Assembly (NCBI GenBank): GCA_036172245.1
Contig: JAYWIR010000036.1
Location: 806,001 to 870,000 of the forward strand
Length of the DNA stretch: 64,000 nt
Origin: Raillietiella orientalis
Taxonomy: Eukaryota
Direction: 5' to 3'
Notes under the pieces: model-generated
Seen by the model: only the letters and a program-made list of their open reading frames with translations
Databases searched by the model: none
What the model was told of the DNA's origin: nothing
Shown: in pieces, positions 41,600 to 51,660 of the stretch
Layout of the letters: every line of letters begins with the position of its first letter
How positions within the stretch are numbered: position 1 is the stretch's first letter
Position numbers and translations under genes: made by a program

Positions 41600-43650
41600 G
41601 GCATCCAGTTTGCTTCCCCAGCAGCTCCTCTTTGCCGAGGTCCTGCTCTTCTATCGTTGCAAGAGGGACCCGAGCGGCCGCGCCCTTTGCATCCTCCTCC
41701 GCCAGCCATCACGCAAAGTTTGCGGTGCTCCCACACCTCTTCGCTTCCTCCTGGGGAGCGTCGCGTACTTTCCGCTGTAGCGGTGCGGGTCGCATGGCCA
41801 ATGGGCGACCTCCATGATGCCGTGTGAACTCGACGCCCACCCTCCTTGCCAACCAAAGCTTCCGGACCGGAGATGAGCTTCTTTGCGCGCGGAAGGAAAG
41901 TCCAGAAGCGCGCTCTGGAGTTGACTCGCACTCGTCGCGGACACGCCTGCCTCTGCAGACACGCGAACCAAAACGGAGCTGGGTTGCCGGACAGTGCACT
42001 CGGCGGTTGGGAGGAAAAAGAACGGGCGCGGCGTCCGAAATTGTTCCGCCTGTCGCGGAGGTCGCACCGTTTCCCTCACGAAGGCGCAACGCCAAGTGGT
42101 GGCCGCGCTCCAGTGGCTTTCCGCTGACGGACTCCCAACCGCCTTCCTGCGCAAACGGATGGCAGCATCGGGTAGCGCTTGCAGCCTTCCAGTTGCTCTG
42201 GCGACCGCGGTCGAGCAGCGGTGCTTGTTGCTGCCGCTTGCATGCGTTTGGCAGCAACGGCACTATCTCTAGCAACAGGCAGCGACAGAAGCGGTGGCGG
42301 CGCTCGGGTGCGAACCGCTCACCACCGCTTAGAAGGCGATGGCGCTGCCACAGGGCGGCGGGTGCCAGCAGCGTGCAGCAGTAGGCGGCAACGTGTGCTC
42401 GGCCCCTTTCAGGATGGCGGGTTTCTCCTCGATCCTCTTGGCCAACGACACCAGCCTGTGGCGATGTGACTATCAGCTGCGTCGAATGCCTGCCTTGGTG
42501 CAGGAGAGCAGATGGATCTCCTGCCTCTCCGTGAACTGCGCTGCCTGGCTTCAGGAGTCGATCTCTCCCTGGGAAAGATCCATGGCTCGAGCGAGGAGGA
42601 GTACTTTTGCCTTCGGAAAGGCCGGTACACTCGACAGCCACTGCCGGAGATCGTATGCAACCCACGCAAACTGCTGTGGGCCTCGTTCACCCCCCTTGCC
42701 CCCGTGCTGCCCTCCCTCAGAGAAGCCAGGGACAGCCAAGAGGAGGCATCGTGGGAAGTGTCCTGCCTTATCGGAGGCAGGAAAAAACTTATGAAGGCGT
42801 GGACGTCCCGGGAACTAGCGGACGCTACAACCCCGAGTGTCCCGCCGAATGGACTTGCGCTCTGGGGCGAGCTGCTCGATATGCCTCCGGAGGAGGTGAA
42901 GTGACCCCCCAGCGTCTTGGGACAACGGCACTCCCCCCTGCAGTGGCAGGAGACGGCGTTGCTTCTGCTCCATTGGGGACTTTTTAGCAGAGCACGCCTG
43001 TCTCAGTGGACCTCAGGGAGTGTGGATGCCCACTGTGCAGAGTTCGGGGATCTTCCCCCACTTAATTATCGAGTGTGTTGCCCTCCGCCAGATGTGGGAT
43101 CGACTCTCTTCGGCCCTAAACATTCCGGTGGGCAACCCGAAAAACATTTTTCGACGCCTCCTGATGCGGGACGCCATGCCAGCCGCCGGGTGTGTAGCAG
43201 TGCTCTACTGCATACGAGGAATTTTGGATAAGTGGACCGCAACCAGGAGAGGACGAAGAAGTCGGAATGCCATCCACTGGGCAGCCATCTCCTTGGAGAA
43301 GGCTTCCCGTTGGCGCCGACTTGGAAAACATTTGCTGGCACTTGTTCGCGTCCAAAACCGGATGCAGAGGCCTCCTCACGGCACATCGTGATCCCTTCCC
43401 TTCCCTCCCAAAAAACGTTGTCCTCCCAAGCTTTTTTTTTTTTTCTGTTTTTCCCGCCCCTGCGCCAGTGAATAGGACCTTATCGACCTAAGGGTCGGTA
43501 AGGACAAGTGCTGCAAGAATTTCAGAACTCTGTCTGTCGAAACAAAAAAACAAAAAACTCTAATGATTTTGTAAAGACATGACTTTATTATGGAATTTTT
43601 ATTTCTGAAAAAATTTTAATAATAAAAGCCCCGGCTTACCCTGTTGAAAA
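41600..43650 (+). mobile_element. L1/Tx1-like LINE, decayed RT end through zf-RVT and 3' terminus (copy 1)
   Basis: WTSRELADATTPSVPPNGLALWGELL, PLQWQETALLLLHWGL, CAEFG..PHLIIEC, then a pyrimidine tract, hairpin 43478-43503 and terminal aaagccccgg..accctgttgaaaac motif. The 5' boundary is approximate. Confidence 0.7.
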
Positions 43651-44445
43651 CCCACGTTTCTTTGCTCCTCTGGTTCAGCTTGGCCCACGTGCCAGCAGTC
43701 TCCTCCAGCCACGCGGAGGAGTTGGCGGGGCTGCAAACCATCCAGCTGTTCTCCTTCGCCAAGGTTGCCATGCGTCCGAGCAGTAGGCCGCATCTTCGGA
43801 TCTTCCGGCCACGGCACAGAAGAAAAGAATCGAATCCTCCAATTCGAGACACACGGCTGGCGAGGAGGCGAGCCGGAATGCACCAAGAGGGGCTCCACAA
43901 CTTCGCTGCGATGGCCATGGTGCGCCATCGCAGCTGTGTTTCTACGCGCTCCAGAGTCAGGAGGCTAAGACCGCCGTCCCGACGCGGAGCGCACAAGTCC
44001 ATCAAAGGGACTCAGGGCCTCCCGTTGCCCCAAAGGGCGATGCGCAGGAGGTCCTTCGTCCTTTTCTTAACTTGTACGGGGACGGGGCAAACAAAAAGTA
44101 GGGGGCGGAGGATGGGGGCCGCGAACGCGTTCCATACCGCGGCCCGTTCCGGCAAGTGAAACTTGCCTTCCATGAACGGGCCGATCGCGAACTCCACTTT
44201 CTGAAGACGATCTGACCAGGCTTCTGTTGGACAGAAGTCTCCCAACGGGACGCCCAGGTACGTCAGGTACCTGGCCGTGGGGATCCCCAAGCGGATCCAG
44301 TCAGGCCGTCCTGCCCACGTCGCATCAACTGGCACCACCGATGACTTCCTCTTTTTCACCTCCAGTCCGGTCCCGCGGCTAAGCAGATCGAAGAAACCCC
44401 CGACTGCCACTGCCGGGGTGGACATGGGCAACAAGAGCACCGAAG
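43651..44445 (-). mobile_element. L1/Tx1-like LINE ORF2 fragment: RT C-terminus/thumb and post-RT region
   Basis: GTGLEVKKRKS, YLTYLGVPLG, W..RLQK, ERAAVWNAFAAPIL, LLRIALWG and LCAPRRDGGLSL are typical non-LTR RT C-terminal and GGLG motifs. Confidence 0.8.
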
Positions 44446-44459
44446 TTTTGATCGTTTGG

Positions 44460-45200
44460 TAAATATATATGTTTATAAAAACAATAAAAACTCAATTCAA
44501 TTGAATAAAACACAATTAAATTAAATTCCTCTGGTGAACCGCTTGGTTCACCACGTCATTGCAGCTGGTCAGCCACCGGTCTGTAGACCGTCGAGGTCCG
44601 TTTCCGCGGCGAAGGGGGAGGGAAGAACACAAACGAAACGAAGCAGAAAAAAATGGGAAAAAAGGGGTGGGAGATGTTTGTTGGGAAGGAGGAGGAAGGG
44701 GAAGGGATCACTTATCGCCTGGCTACGTCCTCTGCATCCTTTCCAGGATTCTGACAAGTTGTTGCAGTCCTTTGTTTCCCAAGTGGGACCATCTCCATGC
44801 TGTCTTAAGAAAGATCCGCGCACAGTGGATGAGTCCCTGCCATTCCGCCCTCTCCTTGTCCGTTCCAGCATGCCACGGTTCCACGTACACAGCAGCAAAG
44901 AACTGCTAGGGACGCGGCTGGAGGAAGATCAGTACGCCGGAGGAGGAGTCGGAAAATGCCCCTTGGTTCACTCGCCAGTTTTCCTAGGAATGGAAGGATC
45001 ATCGAGAGACGGATCCAAAGGGGTCGAAGGGCAAAACTGTCTACGAATAAGTGCGGGAAGGTCTCATTGTCGCTGCACCTTTCACAACGGGCATCGACGC
45101 TGCCCCGTGTCCCTACACGGGGGAGACGTGGAACTGCCTGCGGACTGGCATATACGCCAGCCGCACTCTGCGGGAAATACTGGAATTTCTCGCGAGTTGC
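44460..45200 (-). mobile_element. L1/Tx1-like LINE 3' end (zf-RVT + 3'UTR), copy 2
   Basis: RCERCSDNETFPHLFVDS..LRPLWIRL; 3'UTR motif gccgcggaaacggacctcg shared with 46148-46170; hairpin 44532-44553. Confidence 0.75.
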
Positions 45201-45204
45201 ACGT

Positions 45205-46300
45205 GGGCGGAGACAACCCCCCTTGCTACGGCGATGCCCTCCCTGAGGCGGGCGCTTCACAGCAGCTGGACGCCAGGGTGGCAAGTCTCCTGCCAAATCG
45301 CAGGCAGGAAGAAGTTGATGAGCGGCTGGACCATGGGAGAACTAGCGGACGCCACGACCCCGAGCGTCCAGCCAAGAGGACTGAAGCGATGGGCCGAGCT
45401 GCTCGCCATCCCGATGGATGAGCTGAAGCGGCCCCCAGTACTTAAGGAATCGAGGATCCTGCCCCTTAGGTGGCAAGAGTCGGCGCTGCTACTGTTGCAT
45501 TGGGGTCTACCCTGCAACGCACACCGCTTCCACTGGACCCGGAGGAAAGTAAATCCTGATTGCGCCAGATGTGGGGAGCGGGAATCGCTCCCCCACCTTA
45601 TTGTTGATTGTGCTGCCCACCAACTTCTATGGGAACGTTTGGGGACGGCCCTCGTGCTCCCGGTGGGCAGCGAACCCAGAGACGTTTTCCGGCTTCTCTT
45701 CGTGCGGGACGCCCTGCAGCCAGCCGCAGCCGTGGCAACACTATGCTGCATGCGAGGCATCGTGGCGGCTTGGAGCGATGCCGACGACGAAGAATAGGAT
45801 GAGAACGAGAGGGACGTCATCCCGTATGCTGTTTGCTTCATAGTGAGAGCTGCTGGATGGCCCCAACTGGGACAAATGCGGATGGACCTCGAGGGCATCC
45901 TGAGAAGGATGAACCCTCCTCACAGTGGTCAATGATCCCTTCCCGGCTCTCCAAACTCTTTTTTTTCCTCCTTATTTTTATTTTTATTTTTGTTTTCTCC
46001 CCCATCCCCTTCCAATGTCGATGAGAGTCACTCCGGGCTGCGTCCCGGCGTCCCGGCAGGTCCGGTGTTGTGTTGGCCGCTAGTGAGGCCTCATACCACG
46101 TTATATAGAGTTTTTTGATAAACGCCCCGGGCGTACCCGGGTGGCAACGCCGCGGAAACGGACCTCGCCGGTCTGTGTACTGGTTTTTGGCAAGTCCTTC
46201 GAGCGTGGTAGAATCAAATATTCTACCACGAATCTGCAATATAGTTGACTTTCATTATAATTTTTTAATAAATGACCAGGTAAATCCGGATGAGAAACCT
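45205..46300 (+). mobile_element. L1/Tx1-like LINE 3' end (zf-RVT + duplicated 3' tail), copy 3
   Basis: Best-preserved ORF2 C-terminus: PLRWQESALLLLHWGLPCNAHRFHW..NPDCARCGERESLPHLIVDC..LWERL (CCHC finger). Two tandem tail units, ~46020-46148 and 46148-46300. Confidence 0.8.
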
Positions 46301-46329
46301 TATCTAACCTAACGCGACGGACTGCTTGC

Positions 46330-47130
46330 CTTCATCTGTGTTCAGAGAAAAGAGTTGGAAGCACCGCGGCCATCAACTTCGGCAGCTGATTGCCCTGATG
46401 GAGGGGAGGAGCGCCTGTCCGGATCTTCTGTCTCCCCAGGAGCTGCGCTGCCTGGCTTCAGGAGCCAGCTGGTGCGTGAGGGAAGACCCACGTCAGCAGA
46501 GAGCCTGTCTGCGACGGGACGCTCATCGGTCGCAGCAGGAGACCGTGATGATCAAGTCGCGCAAGAAGCTGCGAACTTCATCCACCCCACCCCCGTTCTT
46601 GACCCCAGTGAGACCTTCCTCCCTAAGGAAAGAGAGCGACCTTCCAGCAAGGTGGTAGGTGCCTTGCTGCATCGCAGCAAGGAAGAAAATTCTGGGCTCG
46701 TGGGCAATGCGGGAACTGACGGGAGCTGCTGCGACCCCAAGTATCTCACCCAGGGGGTCGCACGCTGGGGTGAGCTGCTCGCAATCCCGTTGGCATGCGG
46801 AACCATCTTCCCCTCCCCCTCAAGCGACAGGGATCGATGCAAAGCGCTCCTTCTCTACTGGACCCTGGGAGACTCTCCCTCACTTGCCTTTTGACTCTGG
46901 TGCCTTCCAGCCCCTGTGGGTGCGTTTGTCGACGGCCCTCCGGATCTCTCGGGGCGACTCCAGAGCACGGCGAGGGTCGTGCGTAGCAACCATTCTCTGC
47001 GTTTGGGGAAGGGTGGCGGCTTGGAACGCCGCGAGAAAAGGCCAGTCAAACCGACGGGGGGCACCATCCGCTGGACGAGGAACTCCTTCTGAGGATCGCC
47101 GCGAGATGGCCGCACCTGAGAAACGATAAG
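46330..47130 (+). mobile_element. Decayed, internally deleted LINE ORF2 C-terminal fragment
   Basis: DLLSPQELRCLASG (cf. DLLPLRELRCLASG at 42512), WAMRELTGAAATPS, RWGELLAIP, ETLPHL..QPLWVRL. Confidence 0.65.
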
Positions 47131-47199
47131 TGCCAGCTTGCCAACATCATCCAGAGGATGAACAAGACGTCTCCGGGAAACGCAGCCATCCCTACCCAC

Positions 47200-48070
47200 C
47201 CACCTACCCCATCACGGCGAGTGTCCCACCCAAAGGACTGCTACTCTGGGGAAAACTGCTGCAAATTCCTCCGGAGGAGGTGAAGTGGCTCCCAGAGTGC
47301 TGGAACAGTGCTGCCCTCCCCTTGAAGTGACAGGAGTGGGCAATGCTGCTGTTTCACTGGGACCTCTCGTGCAACGCTCGCCGATACATCATTGGACCCG
47401 GGGGAGTGAGAGCTTCAACAGCAGCAGGTGCGGCGAGAGAGAGTCCCTCCCGCACCTGCTCACGGAGTGTGTTGCCCTCCTCCCCATGTGGGGATGCTTT
47501 GTCGCGTCGCTGCGGATCCCCGAGGGCGACCCCCAGAGACGATGTGAAGCGCCTCTTCCTGCACGAGGCCCTCAATCTGGCCGCATCCCTAGCAGCGCTC
47601 TGCTGTCTGCGCGGGATCGTGGCTGCATGTAGCAACTCCAAGGGAGGCCACAACGCCGACGGGGACGCCATCTATTTTGCCGTCCTCTTCACGAGGACAG
47701 CGTCAAGATGGCCCCACCTGGGAACCTTAAAACAGGAGTGCTGCCAGGGATGCGACCGACGTGAGGGCGTGTTAGCAAGGAACTCGCCGGCATCCTGGCA
47801 AGGATGCAGAGGACGCCCTCCAGCACACAGTGATTCCTTCCCGAACCCCCACCCCATTTTTTGACTGCATATTTTTTGCTTTATTTTTTTCTTTTTGTTT
47901 GTCCCTCTCCGCCTCTCTGCTGCCGAGGCGAACCTCGCCGGCCTGCGCGCCGGTCCTCGGCAGGTTCCCACTGTTGCACTCACTGTAACGTTGCATGACC
48001 AAGCGTCCTGCCACCGACATCTATGTTTACTTTCTATAAATTAACGCCCCGGAGCGACCGGTGTCAACCA
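47200..48070 (+). mobile_element. L1/Tx1-like LINE 3' end, copy 4
   Basis: SVPPKGLLLWGKLL.IPPEEVK, LLFHWDLSCNA, RCGERESLPHLLTEC; tail motif aacctcgccggcctgcgcgccgg and terminal aacgccccggagcgaccggtgtcaac. Confidence 0.75.
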
Positions 48071-48399
48071 ACCCCATCAAACAAACGGTTTTCAACTTTC
48101 TTTATTATTATTATTTCGTTTTGTTCTCCCCCACCCCCCGTGTCTCTCCCTCTTTGTACCCCAGTTGGCCAGTGGAACTGAACGCCTGCACGTATAAGGG
48201 CTAAGAAACGCTCTCACTTAAGTAACCTTTATCCCTTAGGTAACTTTTTCTTTATTTCATGTCCCGGTAGAAAACCCGCCCGGCTCTGCGCCGAGACTGG
48301 GAAGCCTCCCAAGGCGGCGATTGGAGGACCGAACTGGGAAGTTCTGCTCGGATGGCCCGAAGAGGGAGACAACGTCTCCCTACACAGTCCAGCGGTCAG

Positions 48400-49400
48400 A
48401 AGGGCCATCGCGAGCGTCGTGGAGGGAAGAGCCGAGCGAAAGGAGGACAGAAGTGCAGCCCAGCGATGGACGTCCAGATGTTGCACTGCTCCAGGAGGAC
48501 ATCGGGAATCGGAGGCCGAAAAAGAGCCCCCGCCCGGAGTGCATTTTGAAGAGGGTTCCCGCTTGCGAACCGTCCCCTCCCCCCCTTTTCCCCAAGTCCG
48601 ACACGTCGCCATGGAGACCCGCGATCCCCTCTCCGTCTTCTCCCCTGTGGCAGTCTCAGGACGGAGAGGGCGCTCTGCTTCCATGGGAGGGAACCGAGGG
48701 CGACCCACCCCGGCTCCGGGATGGCGTCGGGGGCGAGGTCGCCCTCTGTCCCGCGGACGACCTCAAGCCCCCGAGCGGCCGCCCGCCTGCCGTCCTGGAC
48801 CGTTCTGCTCCAGAAGGGGGGGCACAGTCGGACATTTCCTTGCAGGGTGATCGGCATTGGGTGTAGGGCGAAGTGGCGCCAGTGACCCCGACCCATGATC
48901 GTGCGGAGGAATTGAATTATGTGTTGTTCCTCTTGCTGCACTGGAAACACCTCTGTGCTGGAATGAAAACACCACCGCAGCTTGCCCAACTAGGGGAAAA
49001 ACACGAAACATGGACTGACGTTGCTAGCAGCCGGCAGGTGCCAGCGGCGCGCAGCTTGCACACCGCTGCGTCCCGTGCTGCAGGCGCGCGCAGCACGGAG
49101 TGGCCCCGTTCTCCAGAACCGGCTGCCTCTTCGGCCATTTTGGTTGGTCCAGCAGGCGAGAGGATGCTGGGCCGAGGAGAGCTTGCAGGGTTGCCCAAGA
49201 GAGGCTGGAGGTGCGAATCTCCTCGGCACCATTCGTGACCTGCGGCTCTCTGACGAAGTCCACGTCGCAGCCCCCTCGCGGAGGGACCCCCTGAACGCGT
49301 CGATGAGGAGAATGGGGGGCGTTTTCCCTCCTCCGAGGCGGGGACAAGGGAAAGGGGGAGCCGCCCCGCCGCATCGAGAGATGTGGTCTGGAGAGCCACC
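48400..49400 (+). mobile_element. Decayed LINE ORF2 N-terminal part (APE endonuclease-like + linker)
   Basis: ASW...RRTEV...PDVALLQE resembles the APE SWN/D..LQE motifs. LVQQARGCWAEE resembles the RSRA.W.E.G linker motif. An inverted homolog lies at 51390-51580. Confidence 0.4.
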
Positions 49401-51189
49401 CGGACGGCCCTGACGCCTTCTCTTCCCCCTCCCTCCCTTCTTCCCTCTGCTCCCACCCCGGAGAGGACGGCGGTTCGGGGTCTCACTCGGGGCCCGGAGC
49501 CGCCTGGCGAGGAGAGGTCTGGCCCCTGCGCTCCGCCTCCCGGCCCTCCCGGTGTCCCGAGATGGAGCGAATGCAGGGAGGTCGCCGGACGCCTCCGGGG
49601 GGTGGCGACGGCGCTCGTGTACTCTCCCCCCCCCACTTCCACTGCATCTCCTTCTCCTCCCCATTCCCCTCTCAGAGGGCGTCCCGCGCACCTCCTGGCC
49701 ATGGAGACCACCCGTCCGGAGACAGCTCGGGGAGGCCGGAGTCCAGCCACGCTGCTCCCTCGCGGCGCCGCTTCCTCCCGAGGCTGCACAGCTTGAAGTG
49801 GCACATCACTGGAAAGGGAGGTCACAGCGGGTCAGCGCCCCGGGTTAAGGGGGGTGGGGGTGGAGGGAAGAGGGGAAAGAAAAGGGCGAACGAAATCTAC
49901 CGCCCTCGCCCCTTCCTGCCGCCCGCTCACCCGCCGCCCTGCCCTCTTCCCCCCTCTGACCTTTCTTCCTGGAGGTGGCGGGTTCCCTGTCGGGCTCGGA
50001 GGGCAAGCCGCGTCCCAGGGGGCCGGAGGTGTGGAGTTGGCGACTCCTGCAGGGCTGGAAGCTCCTCCGAGGGGTCAAACGGCCGCCGGACTCCCTGAGG
50101 GCGAGGAGGGGGCTCCCTCGCACCGCCGCGCCGCCCCATCCCTTCCAGGGGAGGGGGAGGGGAGCGGACGGACGGCTGGCGCCGCTCCCCGGTGGCGCCG
50201 CCGGCAGCGCCCACAACACGACAACAGCGACCAGGACGTCCAGCGCCCGCCTCATGGTTCTGGGAACGCGAGCAGCAGCTCAGAGGCCCTCGGGGGCAGG
50301 AGTCAGGGGGAGGGTCCCTTACCTGGGAGTCAGGGGGAGAAGTGGAACCGCCGCCGCCGCGAAGGGATAGCAAGGAGCGCCCGCCAGGCCGCGGGGCGCT
50401 ACCTTTTATAGGGATCGGGGGAAGGTCGGGGGAGGATTGGGGTCGCGTCGGCGTGCAGCGTGGGCAGGCGGGCAGGGAGTCCCCTCTGCCGCTGCCCTCC
50501 GCCTCGCCTGCCAACCGGATGGTCGGGCGGCGCCTCGGCTGTATGGGGAACCGCCCTCGATCGATCCGGGCGCCTGTAGTGAGCGCCTCTAGCCCAGGAA
50601 AAACGGGGGAGGGGGCGGAGCCATGGACGCCCCGCACCGGGAACGGAAGGGGAGGAGGAGTTGCTCCTCCCCCTGGGGACGGACCACGGGGTCGAGTGCC
50701 CCTGGACGCACTCCGCATCTCCCAGCCTTCCCACCCTCGTCCGGGGAATTCCCCGACGACGTCCCCCGGGCAACGGTCCCCGATTCGGTTCCGCTGCTTC
50801 TTCCGCGTGACGTCACGAGGAAGCGCGCGCCTCTCTCTAGCATGTGAATGGAACAGCTAGGTGTAGCAAATGCTACCTCCCTCCTCCGCCCTCTCTCGGG
50901 GAGGACGGTGGTTCTAGACCTTCCTCGGCAAAGCGGTAAGCCCAGAGTCATCCAGTGGGACGAGGTCCGGTCCTTCCAGTGCCCCGAGGTCGAGAGAGCG
51001 CAGGGCGGTCTCCGGACGCCTCTTGAAGGGGTAGGGGAGGGCTGCGGCTGTGCTGTTCTCCTTCTCCTGGGCCAAGAAGGGCCCTTAACATGAAAACCCA
51101 TGCGCATTTTTTTCTCCCTCCATTTGGCACCCCTTCCCTCCCCTCTCCCTCCTTCGCCGAGGCAGACCTCACTGGAGAGGCCAACTGGC

Positions 51190-51660
51190 TTCACGTCAGC
51201 TCATCCGGAGTCCTTCGGCCTTTGGCAGGAACCGGAGTCTCTGTTTCAGCTGCCTCCTCTCCGGCTGGACGGGTTTCCTTACTGCACCTCTCTCCCCCCT
51301 TGGGGACCAGGACCGACTGTTCTCGGTGGTGGTGCCATCGCGCGCCCCCTGCTCGACGGAAGAGCTGAAGAAGAGGGTGGAGGCCGGGAACCAGCACAGA
51401 GCCACGGATGGCACCGAGGAGATTCACATGCCACCGCTCTCGGACCGCCCCGCCAGCGCTCCTCGTCCCAGCATTCACTCGCCTGGTGGGCCAAGATTAG
51501 CCATTTTGGTCGAGCAGGCGAGTGGAACCCCATTCTCCAGAACCTACTACCTGGCTGGAAGCAGGTTTTGGAGAATGGGGCCACTCCAAAACCTGCTGAC
51601 ACGGGGACTCCCAAACCATCCTGACACGGGATGCTGCACGCGATGTCCCTTGCTGCCTTG
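51190..51660 (-). mobile_element. Inverted partial copy of the 49.0-49.3 kb LINE segment
   Basis: The reverse complement of 51390-51495 aligns with 49145-49250 (caggcgag.g.atgctggg.cgaggag, gaatctcctcgg..ccat.cgtg). Confidence 0.6.

Noticed and set aside
46148..46200. CCTCGCCGG..GGCA motif reminiscent of HDV-like ribozymes
   Set aside because: I could not build the P1/P2/P3/P1.1 nested pseudoknot consistently across copies; treated as LINE 3' hairpins instead.
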